The notes: generated by a model from the sequence alone, not told the origin. Shown: positions 31,899 to 41,195, counted from the first letter of the stretch. The stretch: 64,000 bases of DNA from an uncultured delta proteobacterium (GCA_963828255.1 CAWHDZ010000019.1:1-64000), one strand, 5' to 3'. Made by a program: numbers and translations.

Positions 31899-32294
31899 AT
31901 GGGGAGACCGGGCGTCCTGCTCATCGCCGTGCTCGCGCTGGGGTCCGCCGGCTGCCTGCGGTTCCTCTTCCCCGACTACGAGTGCGCCGACGAGTGCTTC
32001 CCGGGGGAAACCACCTGTGGAGGCGATTCCACCCAGTTCTGCATCCTCGAGCCGCTCTTCGGATGCCTGGTCTGGTGGGACGACGTGAACTGCGCCGACC
32101 GCGGGGCCGTCTGCGTCGACGCGGAATGCGTCTGCCCGGAGGGCGCCTCTCCCTGCGGGCCGGACGCCGTCTGCAGCTACACGATCTGGGACCCGCAGAA
32201 CTGCGGGGGATGCGGGATCGTCTGCGAGGGCGCCTGCGTGGACGGCGGGTGCGTGACCTCGGGAGGCCCGAGACCTCCGGCGCAGTCGCGCTAG
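31899..32294 (+). CDS. Cysteine-rich lipoprotein (myxobacterial Stig1-like repeat)
   Basis: Lipobox SAGC; many Cys; DPQNCGGCGIVC motif. Confidence 0.6.
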   Translation: MGRPGVLLIAVLALGSAGCLRFLFPDYECADECFPGETTCGGDSTQFCILEPLFGCLVWWDDVNCADRGAVCVDAECVCPEGASPCGPDAVCSYTIWDPQNCGGCGIVCEGACVDGGCVTSGGPRPPAQSR

Positions 32295-33133
32295 TCTTCC
32301 TCTTCCTTGGCCTCGAGGAAGCGCCGCCCCAGCTCGTGGGAGCGCTGCGTGGCGGCCTCGACCGCGTTCATGAGCGTGGTGCGGAGGCCGCCGGCTTCCA
32401 GCGTGTGGAGGCCAGCGATGGCGGTGCCGCCCGGGCTCGTCACCTGGTCCTTCAGCCGCCCCGGGTGCTCGCCGGTCTCGATGAGGAGCTGGGCCGAGCC
32501 GAGCACGGTCTGCGCGGCCAGATCCTGGGAATTGCGCCGGTCGAGCCCCATCTTCACGCCGGCGTCGGAGAGGGCCTCGATGATGAGGAACACGTAGGCG
32601 GGGCCCGAGCCGGAGAGGCCGGTGACCGCGTCGAGGAGCACCTCGTCCACGACCACGGTCCGTCCCACCGCGTCGAAGAGGGCCTTGGCCTGGTCCATGT
32701 CCTCCGGGGTGGCGTGCTCGCCGGCCGAGATGGCGGTGGCGCCGGCGCCCACCAGGGCCGGGGTGTTGGGCATGGTGCGGATGATGCGGACGCCGTGCCC
32801 GACCTTGCGCTCGACCGCGGCCAGCGGGACGCCGGCGGCGATGGAGATGACCAGCTTGGAGTCGTCCAGGGCCGGCGCGATCTCGACGAGCACCTTGTTC
32901 ATCACCTGCGGCTTCACCGAGAGCACCACGATGGCGGCCTCCTGGACCGCCGCCAGGTTGTCGGACGTGGTGCGGACGCCGTAGCGCTTCTCCAGCTCGG
33001 CAAGCCGGTCCTTGCGCCGGTCGGTGAGGAGGATCTCCGGGGGCGAGGCGACGCCGGCGCGCAGCAGGCCCTTCACGAGGGCCTCGGCCATGTTGCCGGC
33101 GCCGAGGAAGGCGATGGTCTTTCCGAGTGGCAT
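32291..33133 (-). CDS. proC: Pyrroline-5-carboxylate reductase
   Basis: GAGNMA, SVKPQ, RTMPNTP, TGLSGSGPAY, VTSPGGTAIAGL. Confidence 0.95.
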   Translation of the reverse strand: MPLGKTIAFLGAGNMAEALVKGLLRAGVASPPEILLTDRRKDRLAELEKRYGVRTTSDNLAAVQEAAIVVLSVKPQVMNKVLVEIAPALDDSKLVISIAAGVPLAAVERKVGHGVRIIRTMPNTPALVGAGATAISAGEHATPEDMDQAKALFDAVGRTVVVDEVLLDAVTGLSGSGPAYVFLIIEALSDAGVKMGLDRRNSQDLAAQTVLGSAQLLIETGEHPGRLKDQVTSPGGTAIAGLHTLEAGGLRTTLMNAVEAATQRSHELGRRFLEAKEEED

Positions 33134-33143
33134 GGGGGCCACT

Positions 33144-34622
33144 CTAGCCGATGATGAAGTCCTCGCCCACGCCGCCGCCGCTGGCGAAGCGGTCGAGGGT
33201 GAAGCGGTCGAAGATCTCGTCCTTCTCCCGCCCGGTCATCCAGTCGGCCATGGCCTCGGTGACGGCCGGCGCCATCATGAAGCCGTGCCCCACGAAGCCG
33301 TTCAGCTGCAGGAAGTTGGCCGGGCCGGCCGCGCCCAGGATGGGGTTGTTGTCCGGGGTGACGTCGTAGCTCCCGGCCCACTGCCGCATGACCGGCAGGC
33401 CGGCGGTGAGCGGGACGTAGCCCACGAGCGCGCGGGAGAACCGGGCCAGGAAGCGCAGCGTCGAGCCGTGGGAGATGCCGGCCGGCTCGTCGGGATCTCC
33501 CATGCCACCCACGATCTCGCCGCGCTGGGACTGGGAGAAGTAGAGGCCGGTCCCGAGCGCCGAGACCAGCGGCCCGAGCCAGGGCTTCATGGGGCCGGAG
33601 ACCAGGATCTCGTGGCGGGTGGGGCGGTTCGGCAGGGTCACCCCGGCGAGGCGCGCGACCTCCGGGCTCCAGGCCCCGGCGGCGTTCACCACCGTGTCGC
33701 AGCGAATCCGGCCGGACGCCGTCTCCACCGCGCGCACGAGCCCGCCCTGGACCTCGAGACCGGTGACCGGCGTGAAGGTGCGGACCGTGGCCCCGCGCGC
33801 CCGGGCCGCGTCGGCGTAGCCCCAGAGGAAGGGCCAGGGGAAGACCACGCCGTCGTCGGGGTTCCAGGAGGCGGCCACGAACCGGGAGCCGTCGAGCTGC
33901 GGGACCACGCCGCAGGCCTCCTCCGGGGAGAGGATGCGGGTGCGCATGCCCTGCTCCCGCTGGATGGCCTGGTTTCGCTCCAGCCGCTTCACCTGCGAGC
34001 CGTCGGGGGCCAGGAAGAGGTAGCCGCCGCGCCGGAACCAGCCGTTCACGCCGGTGTCGCCGGCGAAGGAGCCGAAGAGCTGCAGGGAGCGCAGCCCGAG
34101 CCGCACCATGGTGGGGGTGGACCACTGGGCGCGGACACCTCCGCCGTTCCGCCCCGAGGCGCCGGCGTTCAGGTAGCTCCGCTCCAGGACCACCACGTCG
34201 CGCACGCCGCGCAGCGTGAGCTGGTGGGCCAGCGAGAGGCCGAGGATGCCACCGCCGACGACGACCACGTCGGCCCGTTCCGGCACCGGGCCGGACGGCC
34301 CCGGGGGTGGGGGCGCCGGGAGCGACGGGACGGGGACCCCGTGATCGAAGGGGAGATCCTCCGGGTCGAGGGCGGCCAGCGTCCCGAAGTTCACCGGCTG
34401 TACCGGCGGACGGGGAGTGAACGAAGCGATCCCGGCGGGCGTGGCCCCGAGCCGGAGGAGCTCCTGCACGACGGCGTTCTGGCAGCTCTTCCCCTGGCAT
34501 GGGCCGGTGCCGAAGCCGGTGTAGCGCTTCACCGACTCGAGGTCGCGGTGCCCGGCGGCGAAGGCGCGCCTCACCTCGGAGAGGGTCACGTCCTCGCAGG
34601 CGCAGAGGATCGTCTTACCCAC
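33144..34622 (-). CDS. DAO-family FAD oxidoreductase (sarcosine oxidase beta / proline dehydrogenase beta-like) with N-terminal BFD-like [2Fe-2S] domain
   Basis: GTG 34622: CACEDV...GTGPCQGKSC; then GGGILG, GASGRNGG, YDVTPDNNPILG, GHGFMMAP. Confidence 0.82.
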   Translation of the reverse strand: MGKTILCACEDVTLSEVRRAFAAGHRDLESVKRYTGFGTGPCQGKSCQNAVVQELLRLGATPAGIASFTPRPPVQPVNFGTLAALDPEDLPFDHGVPVPSLPAPPPPGPSGPVPERADVVVVGGGILGLSLAHQLTLRGVRDVVVLERSYLNAGASGRNGGGVRAQWSTPTMVRLGLRSLQLFGSFAGDTGVNGWFRRGGYLFLAPDGSQVKRLERNQAIQREQGMRTRILSPEEACGVVPQLDGSRFVAASWNPDDGVVFPWPFLWGYADAARARGATVRTFTPVTGLEVQGGLVRAVETASGRIRCDTVVNAAGAWSPEVARLAGVTLPNRPTRHEILVSGPMKPWLGPLVSALGTGLYFSQSQRGEIVGGMGDPDEPAGISHGSTLRFLARFSRALVGYVPLTAGLPVMRQWAGSYDVTPDNNPILGAAGPANFLQLNGFVGHGFMMAPAVTEAMADWMTGREKDEIFDRFTLDRFASGGGVGEDFIIG

Positions 34623-35901
34623 GGGCGGCCTCACCGGCGCGGCGGCCCCAGGCCACCGCCTCCGCGGCCGAGACCGGGCGCGCCACCTCGCCCGCGGCGA
34701 GCAGGCCGGGGACCGGCGTCGTCCCGTCGGGAGCGACGCGCGGCGCGAAGGCCTCGATGCCCGCGTCCCAGTCCACGCCGACGCCGAGGGCCCGGAGGAG
34801 GTCCGGGCCCGGGGTGGGGGGCTCACCCTGCGCGACCACGTCGCAGGGGAGGGTGGTCCCGTCGGCGAGCAGGAGCGACTGCACGCGGGAGCGGCCGCGG
34901 GCCAGCGTCACGGCGCCGCGGACCAGGGTGGCGTCGAGCCCAGCGGAGGCGAACCGGGCGCGGAGGGCGGCCGCCTCCGGACCGGCGCCCAGGACGGCGA
35001 CCCGGCGGCCGGGGAGGACGCCGTTCTCGGCGAGCGCCAGGGCGAGCGCGCGGCCGGAGTGGATGCCGGGGAGGTCGTTGCCCTCGAAGGTGGGCGGGCG
35101 GGCGTGCCCCCCGGTGCAGGCGACGATGCGGGCGGCGCGGACGAGCCGTGTTCGGGGGGGATCGTCGGAGACGAGGAGGCAGACCGGCGACCCGCCGTCG
35201 TGCCAGAGGCCGGTGGCGGTGGCGCCGAGCGCGACCTCGCCGCCGGCGGCGGCGACGGCGTGGACGACGTCGGCGGGCCAGGAGGCCGGGGCGGCCTCGG
35301 GCTCGAGGCCGGTGCGGAGCCGGCCGCCGGGGAGGCGGTCCCGCTCGACGAGGAGGACCCGCCTGCCGGCCGCGGCGAGGACCTCGGCGGCGGCCAGTCC
35401 AGCCGGCCCGGCGCCCAGGACCAGCGCCTCGAAGGATTCCGGCGAGACAGGAGGTCCAGGAGGAGGGGGCCTGCCGGGCATCCGACCGAACCCCGCCAGC
35501 CGCCGGGTGAAGGCGACCAGCGCCCGGTTCACCGGCAGCGGACGGGTGAACATGTGGTGCACGTCGAGCCCGCCGGGCGTGAGCGGGTCGATGACGCCGA
35601 GCAGGTCGTGGGCGGCGTCCGGCCAGGCGTTCTGGCTCTCGACCGCCATTCCGTCCCGGCACGGCGTCCTGCAGGCGCGGCGGTTGGGCTCTCCGTCCAC
35701 GCGCACCAGGCAGGAACCGCAGCTCCCGGAGAGGCAGAAGGGTCCGCGGGGGCGGTGGTACTTGGCGCTCCGGGAGACGACCAGGCGCCCGGCCGCGAGC
35801 AGCGCCGAGGCCACGCTCTCGCCGGAGCGGGCCGGGACCGCATGGCCGTCGAAGGTGACCGTGCAGTCGGTCGCGAAGCGGGTGTCCTGGATGCGCGGCA
35901 T
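34615..35901 (-). CDS. Sarcosine oxidase alpha-like subunit (2Fe-2S plus FAD/NAD-binding)
   Basis: GESVASAL, SRSAKYHRPRGPFCLSGSCGSCLVRVDG...C, LGAGPAGLAAA, FEGNDLPGI. Confidence 0.82.
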   Translation of the reverse strand: MPRIQDTRFATDCTVTFDGHAVPARSGESVASALLAAGRLVVSRSAKYHRPRGPFCLSGSCGSCLVRVDGEPNRRACRTPCRDGMAVESQNAWPDAAHDLLGVIDPLTPGGLDVHHMFTRPLPVNRALVAFTRRLAGFGRMPGRPPPPGPPVSPESFEALVLGAGPAGLAAAEVLAAAGRRVLLVERDRLPGGRLRTGLEPEAAPASWPADVVHAVAAAGGEVALGATATGLWHDGGSPVCLLVSDDPPRTRLVRAARIVACTGGHARPPTFEGNDLPGIHSGRALALALAENGVLPGRRVAVLGAGPEAAALRARFASAGLDATLVRGAVTLARGRSRVQSLLLADGTTLPCDVVAQGEPPTPGPDLLRALGVGVDWDAGIEAFAPRVAPDGTTPVPGLLAAGEVARPVSAAEAVAWGRRAGEAARG

Positions 35902-35951
35902 GGTCGGACGCGCGCGGAGGATAGCCCCGGTGCGGCGCATCGGCCACGGTT

Positions 35952-36881
35952 ATGAGAGGGGCCGTGGCGGTGATCTTCCTCTTCGTGGACGGCGTCGGGG
36001 CCGGCGGGCGCGATCCGGAGGTGAATCCGCTGGTCCGGGGCGACTTCCTGCTCTCGCGCTTCGCCGACGGCGGCGGGTCGCCGCTCCCGCGCGGGGGGAG
36101 GGCGGTGCTCGCCGACGCCTGCCTGGGGGTTCCCGGGCGTCCCCAGTCGGCCACCGGCCAGAGCGCCATCCTTTCCGGGGAGAACGCGCCCGGGGCCATG
36201 GGGCAGCACCTGCTCGGGTTCCCGAACGCGCGCCTGCGTTCCTGGCTCGAGCCGCGGTCGATCTTCCGGGCGCTGGCCGGGGAGGGGCGCGCGACCGCCT
36301 TCGCGAACGCCTACCCGGTGGCCCACCTGCACGCCCTGGGATTTCCCGCCGACGGGGAGCCGGAGCTTCCCATGGAGATCGTCCGGCGCCGGTCACGCGC
36401 CTCGGCGACGACGGTGGCCTTCGCGGCGGGGGGAGGGCGCTTCCGGACCTGGTCGGAGGCCCGCGAGGGCAGGGCGCTCACCCACGACATCACCGCCCAC
36501 CGGGCCAACGGCTTCGGCGCGGGGATCCCGCCGCGGGATCCCGAGGAGGCGGCCCTGGTGCTTCTCGACATCGCGCGGGAGCACGACCTGACCCTCTTCG
36601 AGCACTTCGAGACCGACGAGGCGGGGCACGCGCGTTCGATGGATCGCGCCCTCGACGCGCTGGACAGGGTCGACCGATTCGCGCGGGCGCTGGTCGCGGG
36701 GCTGGGCGCGGGTGATTCACTCGTGGTCGCGAGCGACCACGGGAACCTGGAGGACCTCTCCACGCGGAACCACACCTTGAACCCGGTGCCGGTGATCGGC
36801 TTCGGGAGGGCGGCCGGGATGGTGGACCAGGTGAAGGACCTGACGGGCATCGCGCCCTTGCTGAGGGGGTTGGTGTCGTGA
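35952..36881 (+). CDS. Alkaline-phosphatase/iPGM superfamily metalloenzyme
   Basis: FVDGVG, PQSATGQ, TDEAGH, SDHGNLED, HTLNPVP metal-binding motifs. Confidence 0.75.
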   Translation: MRGAVAVIFLFVDGVGAGGRDPEVNPLVRGDFLLSRFADGGGSPLPRGGRAVLADACLGVPGRPQSATGQSAILSGENAPGAMGQHLLGFPNARLRSWLEPRSIFRALAGEGRATAFANAYPVAHLHALGFPADGEPELPMEIVRRRSRASATTVAFAAGGGRFRTWSEAREGRALTHDITAHRANGFGAGIPPRDPEEAALVLLDIAREHDLTLFEHFETDEAGHARSMDRALDALDRVDRFARALVAGLGAGDSLVVASDHGNLEDLSTRNHTLNPVPVIGFGRAAGMVDQVKDLTGIAPLLRGLVS

Positions 36882-37996
36882 CCACCGTGACGGTGGTCGG
36901 CGCCGGGCCAGGCGGCCTCGCCGCCGCCGCGGCCCTGGGCGCGGCCGGCGTCTCCACGACCATCCTCGAACGCTCGACGTCGGTGGGGTCGAGCTGGCGA
37001 GGGCACTACGACCGCCTCCACCTGCACACCACCCGCTGGCTCTCCGGCCTCCCGGGAATGCCCATCCCACGACAGGCCGGGGAATGGGTCTCTCGCGACG
37101 ACTTCGTGGCGTACCTGGAAGGTTACGTCCTCCACCACACGCTCGCGGTCCGCACCGGCGTGGAGGTCCAACGGATCGACCGGGTGGACGGGGGATGGCG
37201 GGTGGAGACCTCCCAGGGCCCGGCCGACTCCAGCCACGTCGTGGTGGCGACCGGGTACAACGCCCTGCCCCTGGTTCCGGCATGGCCCGGGCAGGAGGGC
37301 TTCACGGGGCAGCTCATGCACGCCAGCCGCTTCCGCTCGGGTGCAGCGCTTCGGGGGAAGGACGTCCTCGTCGCCGGGGCGGGCAACAGCGGAGCGGAGA
37401 TCGCGGTGGACCTGGTCGAGCAGGGCGCCTCCCGCGTCCGGCTCTCGATCCGGCGCCCGCCGAACGTCGTGCTCCGCACCGTTGCGGGGGTCCCGTCCCA
37501 GCTCGTGTCCATCCTGCTCGCGAGGCTACCCCTGGCCATCGCGGATGCCGTGGCCCGGGCCACGGCGCGCCTCACCATCGGTGACCTCCGAAAGCTCGGT
37601 CTTCCGGCCCCAGACCGCGGGATCTACACGGAGATGGTGAGGGACCGGCAGATTCCCATCATCGACGTCGGCCTGGTGGCGGCGCTGCGCGCGGGGCGGG
37701 TCGAGGTCGTGCCGGCCGTCGAGGGCTTCGACGGTCGCTCCGTCCTGCTGCACGGCGGTGGAGCCATCCAGCCGGACGTGGTCGTCGCGGCCACCGGCTA
37801 CCGACCGGCGCTCGAGCCCCTCCTCGGTCACCTGGGGGTGCTGGACAGGGGTGGGACGCCGCGCGCGCACGGGGAGGCGCACGTTCCGGGCGCGCCCGGG
37901 CTCCACTTCATCGGATTCACCAACCCGCCCACCGGAAACCTCCGCGAGATGGCGATCGAGGCGCGCCGCATCGCGCGGAGGGTGGCTGCCGGTTAG
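36878..37996 (+). CDS. Flavin-containing monooxygenase (FMO-like)
   Basis: GAGPGG, WRGHYDRLHLH, ATG, FTGQLMHASRF (FMO fingerprint), GAGNSG. Confidence 0.85.
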   Translation: MTTVTVVGAGPGGLAAAAALGAAGVSTTILERSTSVGSSWRGHYDRLHLHTTRWLSGLPGMPIPRQAGEWVSRDDFVAYLEGYVLHHTLAVRTGVEVQRIDRVDGGWRVETSQGPADSSHVVVATGYNALPLVPAWPGQEGFTGQLMHASRFRSGAALRGKDVLVAGAGNSGAEIAVDLVEQGASRVRLSIRRPPNVVLRTVAGVPSQLVSILLARLPLAIADAVARATARLTIGDLRKLGLPAPDRGIYTEMVRDRQIPIIDVGLVAALRAGRVEVVPAVEGFDGRSVLLHGGGAIQPDVVVAATGYRPALEPLLGHLGVLDRGGTPRAHGEAHVPGAPGLHFIGFTNPPTGNLREMAIEARRIARRVAAG

Positions 37997-38006
37997 AAGA
38001 GGTGCC

Positions 38007-38603
38007 ATGCGAACGCTCCTCCTGACCGCCCTCCTCGCCGTCGCCGCCCCCGCCCTCGCCGCCGACGTCGGCAAGCCGGCCCCCGACTTCACCCTCAAGG
38101 ACCTCGACGGCAAGGTCCACAAGCTCTCGGACTACAAGGGCAAGACCGTGGTCCTGGAGTGGTTCAACCCGGGTTGCCCCTACGTGGTGGCCGCCCACAC
38201 CAAGGGCTCGCTCGTGGACCTGGCGCAGAAGCAGGCCAAGGCCGGCGTGGTGTGGCTGGCGGTGAACTCCGGAGCGCCCGGCAAGCAGGGATACGGCGTC
38301 GATGTGAACAGGGCCGCGGCGAAGAGCTGGTCCATGGCCTACCCGATCCTGGTGGACGAGTCGGGCGTGGTGGGCAAGGCGTACGGCGCCACCAACACCC
38401 CCCATATGTTCGTGGTCTCCAAGGACGGGACGCTCGTCTACAAGGGGGCCATCGACAACTCGCCCGACGGGGAGCGTGGCTCGCCCCAGGGCGGCAAGCT
38501 GGTCGAGTACGTGTCCGCCGCGGTCGGGGATCTCGACGCCGGCAAGCCCGTCCGCACCGCCGACACCAAGGCCTACGGCTGCGGCGTGAAGTACGCCAAC
38601 TGA
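38007..38603 (+). CDS. Exported thioredoxin-fold redoxin (AhpC/TSA-like)
   Basis: Signal peptide; APDFTLKD, WFNPGCPYV, TPHMFV, YKGAIDN, AYGCGVKY. Confidence 0.82.
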   Translation: MRTLLLTALLAVAAPALAADVGKPAPDFTLKDLDGKVHKLSDYKGKTVVLEWFNPGCPYVVAAHTKGSLVDLAQKQAKAGVVWLAVNSGAPGKQGYGVDVNRAAAKSWSMAYPILVDESGVVGKAYGATNTPHMFVVSKDGTLVYKGAIDNSPDGERGSPQGGKLVEYVSAAVGDLDAGKPVRTADTKAYGCGVKYAN

Positions 38604-38606
38604 CCC

Positions 38607-39089
38607 ATGACCTTCCTGGCCGGCATCCTCGCCGTCGTCCTCGCCGCGGGCGCGCCGCCCTCCGCGAAGGCGCCGGTCGGCAGGGTCGAGGGCGAGGCCT
38701 TCCAGGTCACGCTCGTGCCGCCGGCCTCGGTGAAGCCGGGCGCCGCGGCCACGGCCCGGGTGGTCGTGACCGCGCGCGGCCCGTACCACGTGAATCGCGA
38801 CTACCCGACGAGCTTCCGCGCCGACAAGGGTTCCACGGCGGTGTTCCCGGCCGACAAGGTGCCGCTCGGGGAGGGCGCCGAGCGCACTCCGTGCAAGGAC
38901 TTCCCGGGGGAGGCCTGCGCCCTGTCCGCGCCGCTCCCGTTCCGCGCGGCCGCGTCGGGGGAGACCCGCATCGACGGCGTGGTGGCATTCAGCGTCTGCA
39001 ACGCCGACCGCTGCCTCATCGAGAAGGTGCCGGTGGCGGTTTCCATCCCCACGGCGACGTCTTCCCCCACGGCGACGTCTACGAAGTAG
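38607..39089 (+). CDS. Exported protein resembling the DsbD N-terminal (alpha) domain
   Basis: Signal peptide; YHVNRDYP and FSVCNADRC (Cx4C). Confidence 0.55.
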   Translation: MTFLAGILAVVLAAGAPPSAKAPVGRVEGEAFQVTLVPPASVKPGAAATARVVVTARGPYHVNRDYPTSFRADKGSTAVFPADKVPLGEGAERTPCKDFPGEACALSAPLPFRAAASGETRIDGVVAFSVCNADRCLIEKVPVAVSIPTATSSPTATSTK

Positions 39090-39133
39090 ACGGCGCAAGG
39101 CTCGCGCACGACCGGATCCTCCGCGCACCGGCC

Positions 39134-39188
39134 CGGCGTTTCGTCCGGGTGAAACACGACATCCGTGTCGCGGTTCACCACGTGAACC
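39134..39188. repeat. Cluster of three short palindromes (REP-like) between convergent genes
   Basis: GTTTCGTCC/GGGTGAAAC (39138-39155), CGACA-TCCG-TGTCG (39157-39170), GGTTCAC-CAC-GTGAACC (39172-39188). Confidence 0.75.
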
Positions 39189-39202
39189 ACTCCTTGGGGG
39201 GG

Positions 39203-40051
39203 CTACCCCTCGGCGTCCCGCGCGACCACCGTCCCGGAGCGGAGCGTCAGGAGCGACACCTCGGGCGGTGCGTTGAGGCGCAGCGCCATCCCCACGTTGC
39301 CCACGCCGCGGTTCACGTAGAGTTGCACCTTCTCGACCTGGTACAGGCCATCGACGTACGGCTCCCTGGCCATCCAGCGGAGGGCCGGCATGAGCAGCGG
39401 CACGTTCACCTGCCCGCCGTGGGTATGGCCGGAGAGGAGCAGCATCGGCTTCCCCCAGATGGCCAGCAGGTCGGCCGTCTTCGGCACGTGGGCCAGGTAC
39501 AGGCGCGACCCCGGCGCGGCGCCCTTCATCGCCAGCGGTGGGTCGGCCGAGCGGGTCCAGAGGTCGTCGATGCCGACGACGGTGAACGGCGTCCCGCGGA
39601 GCGTGAGCGTGGTGTTCTCGTTCTCGAGCACGCCGTAGCCCAGGCTCTCGAGCGCCGCACCCGCTCCGCGTGGATCCACCCAGCGGTCGTGGTTGCCGAG
39701 CGTGGCGATCGTGGGCGCATCGAGCCCTCCGAGCTGTTCCTGCATGAGCGACACGCCGCCGCGATCCCGGGTCAGGTAGTCGCCCGTGAGTACGACGAGA
39801 TCCGGGCGGAACCGGTTGGCCTCCGCGATGGCGGCACGGATGCGCTCGACCGGGGTCAGCGCCCCGACGTGCAGGTCGGAGAGCTGCGCGACGCGCAGGC
39901 CGTCGTGGGCCGGGTCGAGGTCGGGGACGACGATCTCGTGCGGTTCCGGGGTGACGTCGGCGCCCGAGGCCAGCGCGGGCAGGGCGACGCCCGCGGCAGC
40001 AGCCGTGGCGGCCGCTCCGAGGAGGAAGTTGCGTCGGGAAAGGAGGGCCAT
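39203..40051 (-). CDS. Calcineurin-like metallophosphoesterase with Tat-like signal
   Basis: SRRNFL; SDLH, TGDY, LGNHD, LAHVP, LSGHTHGGQ, VNRGVG. Confidence 0.88.
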   Translation of the reverse strand: MALLSRRNFLLGAAATAAAAGVALPALASGADVTPEPHEIVVPDLDPAHDGLRVAQLSDLHVGALTPVERIRAAIAEANRFRPDLVVLTGDYLTRDRGGVSLMQEQLGGLDAPTIATLGNHDRWVDPRGAGAALESLGYGVLENENTTLTLRGTPFTVVGIDDLWTRSADPPLAMKGAAPGSRLYLAHVPKTADLLAIWGKPMLLLSGHTHGGQVNVPLLMPALRWMAREPYVDGLYQVEKVQLYVNRGVGNVGMALRLNAPPEVSLLTLRSGTVVARDAEG

Positions 40052-40200
40052 CCCTTCCCTGACACCTGGCCGGAGCCAGGAATTCCCACGGGTCGGGCAA
40101 GCTCAAATTCCCCTTACGCCCCCAGTGACGTCTCGCCCGGGAGGGAGAACGACTAATGACCCCCGCGACGCCATCCCGCGTCCAACCTGGGAGGTCACCG

Positions 40201-40668
40201 ATGTCCGTTCGACACTTCACGCTGGGTCTCTTCGCCCTCGCCGTCCTCGCCTTCAGTCCCCCCGTTCCCGCCCAATCCTGGAGTCCGGAGCAGCAGGACG
40301 TCTGGAAGGTCGAGGAGATGCAGTGGAAGCTCGCCGCCGCGAAGGACTCGAGCTGGATCGAGAAGATGGTGCACCCGAACCTGAGCTACTGGGACAAGAA
40401 CCGGCCGGGGCCCCAGACCAAGGCGTCGCTGCTCCTCTGGGACCGCTACAACAACTCCAGCTCCACCGTCCTCCAGCAGGAGCTCTTCCCCATCGCCATC
40501 GTGATCACCGGCAACCTGGCTGTGGTGCAGTACAGCTACTCGGTCGCCCGCGAGAACTACAAGAAGGAGCAGGAACTGGTGTCGGGCCGGTACACCGACG
40601 TGCTCCTCAAGGAAAAGGGAACCTGGCTCTTCATCGCCTGGGCCGGCGGGGACGACGCGAAGAAGTAG
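40201..40668 (+). CDS. Exported NTF2-like / DUF4440 protein
   Basis: GGAGG SD, signal peptide, GNLAVVQY...GRYTDVLLKEKGTW. Confidence 0.7.
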   Translation: MSVRHFTLGLFALAVLAFSPPVPAQSWSPEQQDVWKVEEMQWKLAAAKDSSWIEKMVHPNLSYWDKNRPGPQTKASLLLWDRYNNSSSTVLQQELFPIAIVITGNLAVVQYSYSVARENYKKEQELVSGRYTDVLLKEKGTWLFIAWAGGDDAKK

Positions 40669-40677
40669 CGTTCCGGA

Positions 40678-41091
40678 TCACCCTGCCGGATACCGGAACG
40701 CGATCGGCAGCTTCACGTCCGGGTGGAGGCTCCTCATCACCGGGCAGGTGCGCGCCGCCTCCTCCAGTCGCGCGCGGTGCTCGGGGCGTGCCTCGCGCGG
40801 CATGTCGATGACGAGGACCAGCTCCCCGATGCGCCGGGGTGGGGGAGTCATGAGCTTCTCCACGCTCGCCGAGGCGTCGCCCCAGGAGAGCCCCTCCCGT
40901 CCCGCGACGAGCGCCATGGTGCTGAGCGCACAGGCCGCCAGCGCGGCTCCCACCAGGTCCGTGGGCGAGAAGCTCGACCCGTCACCTCCGTTGTCCACTG
41001 GCGGGACGGTCTTGATGGCCGCACCCGACGGCCCGTGGCCGAGCTTGCAGGTGAGACCGGAGATCGCGACGGTCATCGGAACACCGGGCAT
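40678..41091 (-). CDS. OsmC family protein
   Basis: GDGSSFSPTDLVGAALAAC...TCPVMRSL. Confidence 0.85.
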   Translation of the reverse strand: MPGVPMTVAISGLTCKLGHGPSGAAIKTVPPVDNGGDGSSFSPTDLVGAALAACALSTMALVAGREGLSWGDASASVEKLMTPPPRRIGELVLVIDMPREARPEHRARLEEAARTCPVMRSLHPDVKLPIAFRYPAG

Positions 41092-41195
41092 GTGAGCCTC
41101 CTGTGCGGCTATCTAGCGCGTACGGGCGGCGCGCGCTCGTGCGGGTGCCAGGCGACCCTCCCCGGCATGGCGAGGCTCGACTACAATCCCGCCCC

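Noticed and set aside
39048..39083. 18-bp tandem repeat (PTATSS/PTATST) as a target-site duplication
   Set aside because: The copies are adjacent inside a coding tail rather than flanking an element; simple slippage suffices.
39134..39188. CRISPR array or intrinsic terminator
   Set aside because: The hairpins are not identical repeats with spacers, there are no cas genes, and there is no U-tract. Kept only as a REP-like cluster.
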